Assembly (NCBI GenBank): GCA_963765495.1 | Contig: CAVXWP010000009.1 | Coordinates: 288,001 to 352,000 of the forward strand | Length of the DNA: 64,000 nt | Origin: Blastocatellia bacterium | GTDB taxonomy: Bacteria; Acidobacteriota; Blastocatellia; UBA7656 | Direction of reading: 5' to 3' | Position numbers and translations under genes: made by a program | Part shown: positions 19,679 through 29,320 of the stretch, one piece after another | Position numbering within the stretch: the first letter of the stretch is position 1 | Layout: each line of letters opens with the position of its first letter | The notes under the pieces: generated by a model | The model's database searches: none | Seen by the model: the letters and a program-made list of their open reading frames with translations, nothing else | What the model was told of the DNA's origin: nothing

Positions 19679-20995
19679 TCAATGTATTTTTATGATTTGC
19701 AAAAAACTCTCGCCCAGACGCGACCAGTCGTAAGCGGCAACCGTTTGCCTTGCGTTTTCGGCAAGCCGCAGGCCCATCTCGGGATTGCTCAAAATAAGGT
19801 TCAACTTATCGGCCAGCATCCGGTGATTCCCCGGCTCGAAAAGCAGGCCGTTCTGCCCCTCAACGATGATTTCGGCAAGCCCGCCCACATTTGATGCAAT
19901 GACGGGACACCCCAGAGCCATAGCCTCAAGACAGACGACCGGCAATCCTTCGGTCCTTCCGCAGGGTAGCACAAGCGAAGGAATCACCACCACGTCGGAG
20001 GCGGAAACCAACCGTTCACGTTCATCCGCCCCGACCCTCCCCAAAAACGTCGCATCCACCGATAAGCGCCTTGCACGCGCTTCAAGCTTCTGCCTCAACT
20101 CCCCGTCACCCGCTACGATGAGCCGCGCACCATCAAGATATTGCAAGGCTTCGAGCAGCACCTCGACTCCCTTGATCTCAATCAATCGACCTATGAACAA
20201 AACATTTTTACCGGATGACGATTGATTGTAGGGGCGATTGACGCATGATGTGCTAACGCACGGCGCGGGCTTATCCCCGTCCGAATCCGCCGTTGGCGCG
20301 ATGGCAGTCATCGCCCTTCGGGCGATCCGGGCAGGGACAAGCCCTGCCCCTACATTCGCCTCGCATGGTTGATTTAGGTTTACGCCCATCGGCAGCACAT
20401 CTATTTTATCGTCTGCATCGGGGCAGAGGCCGAGGAGTTTGTCTTTCAAATCTGCGCTCACGGTGATGACGCGGCGACTGGAATTGACTATGAAACGGGC
20501 GAGCAGGCGGCCCCCCTTCATTCGAATAAGCAGGTGCAGCGCGCCGGAATGTTCGATGACGATGTGGGGTTTTCGAGTGAGCCGGGCTATTACCGCACCC
20601 GTCAGACCCGAAGGCAGCATCCAGTGGGAACAGATCACATCTGCCGAAAGCGCCTCTCTGAAAGCTGCTATGAAGAAAGACAGAACAGAAACCAGCGCGG
20701 CGATTTTGACCGGCCAGCGCCTTCCGAGCGCGAGATTGAAATCCGCACTCGCCTGCAAAGGATCAAGAGCCCGGGGCAAAAGCGCGGGCGCGCGTGTCAG
20801 GGTGAAGACATCAGGCGGATGGCCATCCGCCTGATGGTCTTCCGCCCGATTATCAGAGGGCGCGAGCACGCGGACCTGAAAATCCGAACCGATGCGGCGA
20901 GCAAATTCTCGAACATAGCCGCAGGTCTCATCCTCCGGCCCGCGCGGGAACGAACTGGTGAGGATGAGTATTTTAGGTCTTCTCTGGTTCTTCAA
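19679..20995 (-). CDS. GT4 glycosyltransferase with in-frame 42-aa REP-derived insert
   Basis: TSSFPR, HW..P.G, FIGRL..KG, EGLPVVCLEAMA.G. Confidence 0.9.
   Translation of the reverse strand: MKNQRRPKILILTSSFPRGPEDETCGYVREFARRIGSDFQVRVLAPSDNRAEDHQADGHPPDVFTLTRAPALLPRALDPLQASADFNLALGRRWPVKIAALVSVLSFFIAAFREALSADVICSHWMLPSGLTGAVIARLTRKPHIVIEHSGALHLLIRMKGGRLLARFIVNSSRRVITVSADLKDKLLGLCPDADDKIDVLPMGVNLNQPCEANVGAGLVPARIARRAMTAIAPTADSDGDKPAPCVSTSCVNRPYNQSSSGKNVLFIGRLIEIKGVEVLLEALQYLDGARLIVAGDGELRQKLEARARRLSVDATFLGRVGADERERLVSASDVVVIPSLVLPCGRTEGLPVVCLEAMALGCPVIASNVGGLAEIIVEGQNGLLFEPGNHRMLADKLNLILSNPEMGLRLAENARQTVAAYDWSRLGESFLQIIKIH
20228..20353. repeat. GTAG-type REP/REPIN (126 bp) inside the GT4 gene
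   Basis: Bounded by GTAGGGGC...GCCCCTAC; one ~49-nt end is near-identical to the intergenic copy at 29121. Confidence 0.85.
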
Positions 20996-20999
20996 TCTC

Positions 21000-21779
21000 T
21001 TACTTTGCGCTGGTGCTTTCGCTCTTTTGCGGCAACAGAAAGCCCGGGGCCGGGTCAGATGACAGCTTGCTTCGAAAATAACTCTTCGCGATGAGATATA
21101 TGATCGCAGGCACGGCCGTCAACGGATTGATGCCCGAGACCTCATCGCCGTAGATACACCTGACCGGCACGCTTTCGACCGCAAGCCCCGTTCGAGAAGC
21201 GGCAAAGACCATTTCGTTTGGGAAGCCATAGCGGTCATATAACTCGTCAAGCTCGATCTGTTCGAGCGCCGCCCGCCGAATGACCGTGTATCCGCATTGC
21301 GCGTCGAGCGGAATTTCGAATTCTGCCGCATGCCTTGTGAGCCAGCTAAAGATCGTATTGCCGATGAACCGGGCCACGGGCATACAGCCTATGGTTTCAA
21401 GATGCAGGAAGCGATTGCCCTTCACATAATCGATTCCGCCGACGGCGCGATCAAGCAGCGCGCTCAAATCCCGTCCGTCCATCTGCCCGTCCCCATCCAT
21501 TACGCCGATCAGATCGACATCCGCCCTCAGACAATATCTGTAACCTGTTTTCGTAGCCGCTCCCACACCGCGATTCGCCCCGTGACGAAGCCTGATCAGA
21601 TTGCCGTTGTCGATCTCGGAGAGCCGCTGCCACGTATCGTCCGTACTTCCGTCATCAACGGCGACGATCAAATCAACAAAGGAGGGAACTCGACGGATGG
21701 CCCGCGCCAGATGATCCTGTTCGTTATGAATCGGCATCACAACCGCTATACGATGACCTTTGTACATTCTTCGCTCCAA
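21000..21779 (-). CDS. GT2 glycosyltransferase (polyprenol-phosphate-sugar synthase-like)
   Basis: VDDGSTD, NRGVG, MDGDGQ, KGNRF. Confidence 0.9.
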   Translation of the reverse strand: MERRMYKGHRIAVVMPIHNEQDHLARAIRRVPSFVDLIVAVDDGSTDDTWQRLSEIDNGNLIRLRHGANRGVGAATKTGYRYCLRADVDLIGVMDGDGQMDGRDLSALLDRAVGGIDYVKGNRFLHLETIGCMPVARFIGNTIFSWLTRHAAEFEIPLDAQCGYTVIRRAALEQIELDELYDRYGFPNEMVFAASRTGLAVESVPVRCIYGDEVSGINPLTAVPAIIYLIAKSYFRSKLSSDPAPGFLLPQKSESTSAK

Positions 21780-21791
21780 AGATAAGGGTAA

Positions 21792-21885
21792 GTGAATCGT
21801 GAATCGTGATTCGTGAAATAGCTGATTACCTGTTAATTGCCATCAGCCTGTCAGGTCCGGTCACGCATCACGCATCACGATTCAC
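21792..21885. repeat. Family A heptamer hairpin (core GTGACCGGACCTGACAG on minus strand)
   Basis: Inverted heptamer arms; overlaps the TGA stop of the 21882-23675 gene. Confidence 0.8.
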
Positions 21886-23675
21886 TTCTCGCGTCTTTTA
21901 TAAACCGCGATATCGGCTGTTTTTCCTATCTGATCATAGCCCGCGCTCACCAGATCGCGCACGTTTCTATCTTTCAATTTGTCTTCCATAAGAATCAATT
22001 TGAATTGCCTGCCTTCTATCTGCTCAAGCACGGCTTCTCTGTCGCCGCCCTTCAGACCCACTGAATGCCACCATACAAATCGAGTGGGATTGCTGCGGCC
22101 TGTAAGAAAATAAAATGCGGTGCCTCGCTTTGCAAAAGAGAAAATGTAATCATCCGTCGAGCTATTGCTTTCAATCAAACTCGCCAGCCCCTCTATCAAT
22201 TCCGCCTGTCTTCGTCTTACGAGTATTCCGCGCGCGCTATTGATTTGCAGCCCGGTTCGCTCAATAAAATGAAGGCTTGAATCGAAATGCGGCTGCCAGG
22301 TGTCTTTGATGCCCGTCGCAAAGAAAAATACCAGCGGAGCCGCCGCGCAAAGTAATGTCGCGCGTTTGGAGAGAGGCAAGCGCATTTGAAAATAAGCCAG
22401 CAATGCGGGCAGCAATCTTGCCGCAAACAAGGTTGCGAGAAGAAACACGAGAGGCAGCACTCGCACAAGATGATAGTAATCGGCTCGCGGGTAGAGTTCC
22501 AGATATGCGCCTATCGCAAAAAGAGCCGTGAAGACGATTGCTCCGTGCAAGCGCCACCAATCGCGCCTCAAAGCGTCATTTCGATAAATTCTCTTCAATT
22601 GAAAGAAGGCGATTATCACTGCCAGAAAGAATAGAAAGATCGGGAAATAAGCGACCGCCGCCGAAGCCGATGCTTTAATCCGGTAGAGGCGGCCGGGAAT
22701 CAAAACGGCCACGGCTCCGGCGCAAACAGTTAAGCCCGCGTAAAGCATAAAGAGTTTTGGAGCTTTGGTGAGCACTATAAATCCACCCGCAATTATTACG
22801 AGCGAGGCGAGCGCAAACGCAGCGACCAGCTTGATCGAGGGAAGCGGAACCGATTTCTCTTCCCCATATGCCAGCGCGTGATGCAGGAAATGATCTACCA
22901 TAGCTCCCAGCGCATTGTTGAAAGCCAGATACAAAACCATCGCCCCGGCGAGAATCGCAAAGCCTATCCAGTAAATCGCAGCCCGCTTTATGACGACCGA
23001 AATCAATCGCGGACGGAAGGCTGATTCGCCCGCGATCATCGCCTCCCTGATCGCAATTGCCAGCGTGCCCGATCCAAGCAAAAAGATGCCCACGTTGTAT
23101 TTGAAGACAAAGACTACGCCCGCCGCCATTCCGCCAAACAGTATCCAGCGCATCTTTTCGCTCTCGTCATAGTTGAGCATAAAGATCAGACCGCACAGGA
23201 TAAAGAGCATAGAATATTGAGTCGGAACTATGGCGTAGATGTAATTGTGACCTAGCCAGAAGAGTGTCAGAGCTACGGGGATGAGCGCGACCAGGGGCGA
23301 AGTCAATCTTTGCCCGATGTAAAACACCGCCACGAGCGTGCCCAGCTTGAAGGCAAAGAGCCCTGCTCTCGCTGTCATGACAGTTGCGCCAAACAGCTTC
23401 ATAAGCAAGGCGTTTAACCACAGCAGGCCGGGCGTGTAGTTGTAGAGGAAATCTCTGTAAGGGACTTCTCCGTTCAAGACTCGTTCGGCGGGCGCAAGGC
23501 TATAGCCTATGACCGAAAGCCACAGACCGCGATTTATAAAGATGCCGTAACAGACAATCCCGGCAAGGAGTGTTATCGCAAGCGGGACAACTCGATTTAA
23601 GCCTTTGAGCCGTTCCTGCTTTGTTGAGCGTTCATCCAAACGCGCGGGCTTGCTTTGCATCGTAGAGCTTTGCAT
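21882..23675 (-). CDS. GT-C-fold (ArnT/PMT_2-like) polytopic membrane protein
   Basis: AERVLNGEVPYRDF...YTP; FK.NVG; many TM segments; C-terminal soluble domain. Confidence 0.7.
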   Translation of the reverse strand: MQSSTMQSKPARLDERSTKQERLKGLNRVVPLAITLLAGIVCYGIFINRGLWLSVIGYSLAPAERVLNGEVPYRDFLYNYTPGLLWLNALLMKLFGATVMTARAGLFAFKLGTLVAVFYIGQRLTSPLVALIPVALTLFWLGHNYIYAIVPTQYSMLFILCGLIFMLNYDESEKMRWILFGGMAAGVVFVFKYNVGIFLLGSGTLAIAIREAMIAGESAFRPRLISVVIKRAAIYWIGFAILAGAMVLYLAFNNALGAMVDHFLHHALAYGEEKSVPLPSIKLVAAFALASLVIIAGGFIVLTKAPKLFMLYAGLTVCAGAVAVLIPGRLYRIKASASAAVAYFPIFLFFLAVIIAFFQLKRIYRNDALRRDWWRLHGAIVFTALFAIGAYLELYPRADYYHLVRVLPLVFLLATLFAARLLPALLAYFQMRLPLSKRATLLCAAAPLVFFFATGIKDTWQPHFDSSLHFIERTGLQINSARGILVRRRQAELIEGLASLIESNSSTDDYIFSFAKRGTAFYFLTGRSNPTRFVWWHSVGLKGGDREAVLEQIEGRQFKLILMEDKLKDRNVRDLVSAGYDQIGKTADIAVYKRREK

Positions 23676-23705
23676 CAGATTCAGCGTCCGGGCATTCAGG
23701 CGAAA

Positions 23706-25409
23706 TCACTTTCGCTCGAATATGAGCATCTCGCCAAACTCTTTGCTCAGAGTGAAATTCTCGCTTATATAATTCCGCATAGGCGGATACTTTTCAGCAT
23801 CCATGTCTTTTCGGCTCGTGACTATCAGGCAGACATCTTTTTCCTGCACCGATCTCAGGGTCTCGGCCCGTTCCGTGTCGCTCACGCCGACGCCTCCCCA
23901 GAACTGCGCGCCCGATGGATTGTTTCTATCGGCGAGAAACAGAAGAGACGAACCGGCATAGGATTGAGCAAAAAAGTACCCGTCCGGCGCTACCTGCTGT
24001 TGAATATAATTTACCGCCGAATCGATTTCGCTCGCTTTGTCTTCGGGAAAATAGACACCTCGGCCACGCGCAACGGTCAACTCCGTATTGCTCTTAAATC
24101 GAAGGTGATCGTCAAAGTAAGTATTGAAAAACAGCCGCGCACCCATAAGCCAAAAGATCATCGGCAAGACGCTCAACACGAATCCGGCTCTCTTTGCCCC
24201 CCCGAAAAACTCAGGGATGGACGACCTGAAGATGTAGTGGAAGTAAAGTAAAAGCAGGACTACGAAAGGCATCGCGCCAACAGCTTGTTCGCGTGCAAAT
24301 CGCGGAAACGATTCCATAAACGCCGCCGCCGCCGCCACAGTCACGGCGAGTAAAACGGATCGGTCTGTAACTCCGATTTTGCTGCCCAGTATGAACCCCG
24401 TAATCCCGGCAGCGATGACGATCATAGGCGCATAAAAAATAAGTCCGTCTATCAAATCCTGATCTAAGACCAGTAGGGAAATAATTACAAGTGCAACAAT
24501 CGAGGCCCAGATCAGGCTCGCTTCCTCGCGGTATCTGAACTTATAAGCAGCCCACACGCAGGTGGCCAGTAACAAGACAAACATCAAAGGAACCAGAGGC
24601 GAGGGCAACCCGGCTAGCCTGCTGACAAGGAACTCGCCCGGCCCGAAAAGCAGCGTCTTTGCCATTGCCCCGAGCGCCCCCTGAGTCTTCATGAAGATGA
24701 GCGCGGGTATGATCAAAACTGCGAATCCTGCCGAAAGCACAAGTGCGCGTCTGTAATTCTTTATCGCTCGCCTGAGGTTCAGACCTGTCTCTTCGGTATC
24801 GAACAGGACCACGGCGATTGATCCGATCAGCGCGTAACCGCCGATGTTATGTTTGAAGAGCGCGAGCGCGCCCAGCGCCACTCCTGTCGCAAAAAGATAA
24901 GCGCCCTTGTGATCGCGCAGAAACCGGATCAACAGATACAGACCCAGCGCGAGAAACAATTCGCCGTAATGCATGGGCACGGCCTTGAAAGGCCCGTTTG
25001 GCCTCAACCAGATGAGCGAATAGAGCGCGGCACTAAACGCCCAGCTTCGCGACATTATCTGTCGCGCGCTCAGATAGATCATCAGCGTTGTGAGCGTTTT
25101 GAACAGGGCTACGCCAAGCATCGCGTTATACAAAGAGATACCCATTAATTTGAATATCGCCGCGTTGAGATAAATTATCGCGGGCGGGTAAAGAGTATGA
25201 AAATCTCTATACGGCACCTCTCCGGCAAGTATTCGTTCCGCGCCGAAAAGGTTATATCCGATTGAATAAGAGAGTCCGCTTTCGTGGTTGAAGAGTAATC
25301 CGAACAGCGTTCCGGCGAGAGCAAGCACGAGGAAGGCAGTCGCCACGTCCTTCAACTTTTCGGCGTGGGCAGGAACCCCATTTTCGATTTGCATAGCGCG
25401 CGAAATCAT
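23706..25409 (-). CDS. GT-C-fold (ArnT/PMT_2-like) polytopic membrane protein, paralog
   Basis: AERILAGEVPYRDF...YPP; FKHNIG; start placed at ATG 25409 (25394 also possible). Confidence 0.7.
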   Translation of the reverse strand: MISRAMQIENGVPAHAEKLKDVATAFLVLALAGTLFGLLFNHESGLSYSIGYNLFGAERILAGEVPYRDFHTLYPPAIIYLNAAIFKLMGISLYNAMLGVALFKTLTTLMIYLSARQIMSRSWAFSAALYSLIWLRPNGPFKAVPMHYGELFLALGLYLLIRFLRDHKGAYLFATGVALGALALFKHNIGGYALIGSIAVVLFDTEETGLNLRRAIKNYRRALVLSAGFAVLIIPALIFMKTQGALGAMAKTLLFGPGEFLVSRLAGLPSPLVPLMFVLLLATCVWAAYKFRYREEASLIWASIVALVIISLLVLDQDLIDGLIFYAPMIVIAAGITGFILGSKIGVTDRSVLLAVTVAAAAAFMESFPRFAREQAVGAMPFVVLLLLYFHYIFRSSIPEFFGGAKRAGFVLSVLPMIFWLMGARLFFNTYFDDHLRFKSNTELTVARGRGVYFPEDKASEIDSAVNYIQQQVAPDGYFFAQSYAGSSLLFLADRNNPSGAQFWGGVGVSDTERAETLRSVQEKDVCLIVTSRKDMDAEKYPPMRNYISENFTLSKEFGEMLIFERK

Positions 25410-25423
25410 CTGCTCTTCCGGGA

Positions 25424-26509
25424 TCAAACCTCGACGCCCTTGGCGGTCACATCTCTGATAGGCCTCTCTGTGCGCACAAGGTCTGCGCGAGAGATATAGA
25501 TAAATCCGCCCGCGATGGCGTTCAGCAATATGGGCGCGAAAGCCAGAAACGAAAACATTAGCGCCTGCTCGCGCGCGATGCCTGCGCCAGCAAACAGGAC
25601 TATGAGGGCCCATTCGCGAACGCCAAGCCCGCCCACTGAAATCGGCATCATCCTGATCAAATCAACAAGCGAGATAAAAGCAAAGATCAGCGGCAATCCG
25701 AGCGGCAAGCCCATAGCCTCTGCCACCACGTAACATCCAAGACTCCAAACCACCCTTATCAAGACCGATACCAGAACGGTCGAGACGAGCATCCACGGAT
25801 ATTTTCTGAGTTCCGATATTGCTTCAAGCGTGCGCGAGGCGGCTTCGCCAAGACGCTCGGCCTTAAATCGCCCGGTCTTAAATCGCCCGGTCTTAAATCG
25901 CCCGCCCATCCATCTAAACAATCGCGCGAGCCGCGACGAGACGTAATCGCTCATCAAAAGCGACAGCGCGAGGAAGGCGAGCGCGAGCAGCGCCTCGCCC
26001 AGGTAGATCAATCGCCCCTCGGGCAGACGACCGTGGCTTGCAACCATTGCGCCCAGACCTATCAGCAACAGAACGAACAGCCCAACCGTCCTCTCATACA
26101 CAAGCGTAGAGAGCACGAATGCCTTGTCGTGTATTTCGCGATCTACATAGACCAGCCGCGCCACATCGCCGCTTACGCTTCCGCCAGGCACAAAATTGCT
26201 GAAAAAGATTCCGATAAGATAATAAACAAAAAGCCGATTTGTATTGATCCTGTGGCCGCGAACCCTCAGTATCAGGCCCCAGCGATAGGCCATCAGCCAG
26301 TTGACCATCACAGTAGCAAGCACCGCAAGCGGCAAAAGCGACACCCGCGTAGCCCGTATCGCCTCGGCCAATCCGCGAGCATCGGACCTCAGTATGACAA
26401 TCGCAAGCGCGGTTATGCCTACCGTGATTTGAAGCACTCCGCGCAGGTTCAATCCGCGCCGCCGCTCTACTACGGCAACCTCGTTTTCAGAATGACTTTG
26501 CGTACTCAT
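25424..26509 (-). CDS. UPF0104 / lysylphosphatidylglycerol-synthase-TM flippase-like protein
   Basis: RW..IL, FFSNFVPG..GD..R, ER..G, PISVGGLGVRE. Confidence 0.85.
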   Translation of the reverse strand: MSTQSHSENEVAVVERRRGLNLRGVLQITVGITALAIVILRSDARGLAEAIRATRVSLLPLAVLATVMVNWLMAYRWGLILRVRGHRINTNRLFVYYLIGIFFSNFVPGGSVSGDVARLVYVDREIHDKAFVLSTLVYERTVGLFVLLLIGLGAMVASHGRLPEGRLIYLGEALLALAFLALSLLMSDYVSSRLARLFRWMGGRFKTGRFKTGRFKAERLGEAASRTLEAISELRKYPWMLVSTVLVSVLIRVVWSLGCYVVAEAMGLPLGLPLIFAFISLVDLIRMMPISVGGLGVREWALIVLFAGAGIAREQALMFSFLAFAPILLNAIAGGFIYISRADLVRTERPIRDVTAKGVEV

Positions 26510-27234
26510 TACTTTGACTGCTGCTTTCCGCGAGGCTTCGAATGAATGTTGATCCAGATGCGCGCAAGCTCGGCAAGCGTAGAAAAAACATGACTCGGAC
26601 GGATGGTTGAACGACCCGCCGGTCTCGGGTAATGCCGCACTCCTATTTCGGCCATCCTGAAACCGTAGTATCTGGCCTTTGCCAGCACCTCGGCATCGAC
26701 AAAGAACTTCTTCGATTCGATCTTTATCCGATCAAATATTTCGCGGCGAAACAGCTTGAACGCGCAATCAATGTCTCGCACCTTTATCCTGAAGATTATC
26801 CTCACAATCAGGTTGAATACCCAGCTTATCACGAGCCGGGTCAGGGGGTCGAAGCGGTATATGCGGAACCCGCAAACCAGATCGGCGTCCTCGATCAGCG
26901 GAAGTAAATCGGTAAGCTCTCGAACATCGAATTGATTATCCGAGTCGGTGTAAAAGATGAGTTGATGGCGGGCGCTTGTAAAGCCTGTCTTTAGCGCCTC
27001 GGCGTACCCTTTGTTTGGATTATGATGCAGCACGCGGATATGATCGGGGTCATTACGCGCCAGATGGTCGGCGATCTCGCCCGTGCGATCCCGCGAGCCG
27101 TCATTTACTACGATAACCTCCCAATCCTTGAGCGGAAGCGACCGCAGCACATCGGCCATTCGGGTTGTGGCCGTCTCGATATTCTCTTCTTCGTTATAGG
27201 CCGGAAGTACGGCTGAGATGCTGTCAAAAGGCAT
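26509..27234 (-). CDS. GT2 glycosyltransferase (DPM1-like, soluble)
   Basis: PAYNEEEN, VNDGSRD, TDSDNQ, DIDCAFKLF. Confidence 0.9.
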   Translation of the reverse strand: MPFDSISAVLPAYNEEENIETATTRMADVLRSLPLKDWEVIVVNDGSRDRTGEIADHLARNDPDHIRVLHHNPNKGYAEALKTGFTSARHQLIFYTDSDNQFDVRELTDLLPLIEDADLVCGFRIYRFDPLTRLVISWVFNLIVRIIFRIKVRDIDCAFKLFRREIFDRIKIESKKFFVDAEVLAKARYYGFRMAEIGVRHYPRPAGRSTIRPSHVFSTLAELARIWINIHSKPRGKQQSK

Positions 27235-27237
27235 AGA

Positions 27238-27350
27238 GTGATCCGTGATGCGCGATACGCGATACGTGATTCGTGATTCGTGACCGGACCTGACAGCCAG
27301 TCAGCGTTTCCCTGCTATCTCCCTATAAATCACGCATCACACATCACGCA
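27238..27350. repeat. Family A heptamer hairpin (core GTGACCGGACCTGACAG)
   Basis: Inverted heptamer arms; abuts the stop codon of the 27351 gene. Confidence 0.8.
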
Positions 27351-29030
27351 TTATCCAAGGTATCCCCAGCCGCGCAGACGCTCGCGTATCTCTTCGCTCT
27401 CTTCATCGGTCATCGCACCGGCTTTCTCGGCTTCCACTTCGGCAACGGCGTCGGAAATTCTCACGGGATTGGCCCGCATGTACTCTTCGGTGAAGATCTC
27501 TTCCAGCACGCGGCCGTCCATATCCGACGGCACTTCCACGCCAAAGCTGTGAAGGATGGTCGGCGCGTAATCGATTATTCGCGCTCCCTCAACCGTAGCG
27601 CCGCGACGAAGCTCCGGCCCGCGCCCAAGCATTATGCCGTGCATGCGGTGGTCGCCTGAATTGCCGTAGACCTGAGTGATGAATTTGTTCGATGTGAGAT
27701 CGAGCGTGCCAAGAGGTTTGTTCGACATATCGGCGGGCAAAAACTGTATGTCGGGCGACTCGTCGCTGTGCGGCCCCGTGTAGAGGTCTTCGCGCCGCCA
27801 GATGGGGCCGATCAACGCCTGGCCGGTTTCGGGGTCCGAGAGCGCGCCAAGCTTGCCGATGATCGACTCCAGTGTGCGATCATACTCAGCGCCCGGCTCG
27901 ACTATCCCGTGCTTTTCGCGCCCGCGCAGGTTGATAAATATCTGCCCGTAATTGCCCTTTGAAAAGGCCGTTGTCCGCGACCAGTCTACGTCTTCGAGCG
28001 AAAGCATCAGCATATTGGCCAGCTTCATCAGGCTCGAGCGATTTGTCACGCCTACGGAAAGACGCAAGTGAGCAAGCCCCAGTTTCATAGCCGAGCGATA
28101 GGCCAGATCAGGCGTAAGCCCGAGCCTGAACAGCACCCGCTTCATCCGCGTCATCGCATCGCGCTTCAACACAAGCAAGCCTTCGTTTATCAGCCACACG
28201 TTAAAGCAGAGGAATTTCTTTATAGGCCCGAATCCGTGATCCGATCCCATATAAATAGTCGCGTCCTCGCCTGCTTCATCAAACATCTCGCCAAGCGTAG
28301 TGTCTACCGCGTGCCAGTATTCGTGAATGCGTCCGATGTGGGCCAGATGCTCTTTGCGATTAAAGAAAGGGTGCGTCTCGTCGAGCAGATGCCACAGTTC
28401 GTGCTGAAACCTGTCGGTCCCCCAGTAGTGAGTGGCAAAGACATCCCAGCCGTATTCGTTCATCAGGTAGCGGTTGACTTTGGTCTTATATTCGAGTTCT
28501 TCAAATAGCTGGTTGAGAATCTTATCCACATTGCCGGGCGTATAGACCTCGGTAATGTAAAGCTGGTACGGGCCGAATCGCGACTCGATTTCCTTTAGCA
28601 GGCTCTCGGGATAGGTGAAGTCCTGGCGGCCTCGCGGGGTGAGAAAATCCGAGACCATAAGTCCGTTTGCCATCATGGGCGGATAGGTGCAGGGCATATT
28701 CGTGACTATGGCCTGCCGACCCATGCGGCCAAGTATGTCCCAGAAAGGAAGCCCGTCGCGCGCCCTGGAACTGACGGGCATATCGGGCAGTTCGCCCGAA
28801 TCCTTGCGCCGGAGCAAAAACTCGAATATGCCGTGTTTTCCGGGATTTTTGCCGGTCATCCACGACACCCAGGCGGTCGGCGTGATCGGCGGAATAGTGG
28901 TTTCAAGCAATCCGCGAACGCCTTCACTGATAAAGGCGGAGAGTCGGGGCATCAAGCCCTCTTTCATCAACGGATCGAGAACGTCGAATGTCGAGCCATC
29001 AAGGCCGATGAATAGAACTTTTTTACTCAT
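27351..29030 (-). CDS. AlkP-superfamily nucleotide pyrophosphatase/phosphodiesterase-like protein (paralog 4)
   Basis: IGLDG, PPITPTAW.S..TG.NPG.HG, DRFQH, SDHG, GDH; no signal peptide; tail RERLRGWGYLG; start MSKKVLF at 29030. Confidence 0.85.
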   Translation of the reverse strand: MSKKVLFIGLDGSTFDVLDPLMKEGLMPRLSAFISEGVRGLLETTIPPITPTAWVSWMTGKNPGKHGIFEFLLRRKDSGELPDMPVSSRARDGLPFWDILGRMGRQAIVTNMPCTYPPMMANGLMVSDFLTPRGRQDFTYPESLLKEIESRFGPYQLYITEVYTPGNVDKILNQLFEELEYKTKVNRYLMNEYGWDVFATHYWGTDRFQHELWHLLDETHPFFNRKEHLAHIGRIHEYWHAVDTTLGEMFDEAGEDATIYMGSDHGFGPIKKFLCFNVWLINEGLLVLKRDAMTRMKRVLFRLGLTPDLAYRSAMKLGLAHLRLSVGVTNRSSLMKLANMLMLSLEDVDWSRTTAFSKGNYGQIFINLRGREKHGIVEPGAEYDRTLESIIGKLGALSDPETGQALIGPIWRREDLYTGPHSDESPDIQFLPADMSNKPLGTLDLTSNKFITQVYGNSGDHRMHGIMLGRGPELRRGATVEGARIIDYAPTILHSFGVEVPSDMDGRVLEEIFTEEYMRANPVRISDAVAEVEAEKAGAMTDEESEEIRERLRGWGYLG

Positions 29031-29092
29031 AACAAAAGACCGGAAAATATAACTGATGAGTGCGCGGATTTCAACCGCACCCGTCCTGGCGA

Positions 29093-29232
29093 CAGGGCTG
29101 TAACAAAGTCGGGTGGAAATGTAGGGGCAGGGCTTGTCCCTGCCCGGATCGCCCAAAGGGCGATGACAGCGATTCGGGCAGGGACAAGCCCTGCCCCTAC
29201 ATTACATTTCAAGCTACTTTGTTATAGCCCTG
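29093..29232. mobile_element. Putative MITE (140 bp) with 17-bp TIRs and 10-bp TSD, carrying a REP doublet
   Basis: TIRs cagggctgtaacaaagt / actttgttatagccctg (16/17); flanks gtcctggcga / gtcttggcga (9/10). Confidence 0.7.
29121..29200. repeat. GTAG-type REP doublet (REPIN)
   Basis: gtaggggcagggcttgtccctgcccg / cgggcagggacaagccctgcccctac perfect inverted pair. Confidence 0.9.
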
Positions 29233-29320
29233 GTCTTGGCGAGAAGTTCAGTTTCCCGCAAAAAATTGATCAGGATTGTCACGTGATACGGGCAGGCTAA
29301 AAACTGACCTTCCCACCCAT

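Noticed and set aside
29031-29212. N-terminal extension of the 601-aa ORF and the 61-aa ORF 29027-29212
   Set aside because: These are translations of the REP/MITE; the family-typical start is MSKKVLFIG at 29030
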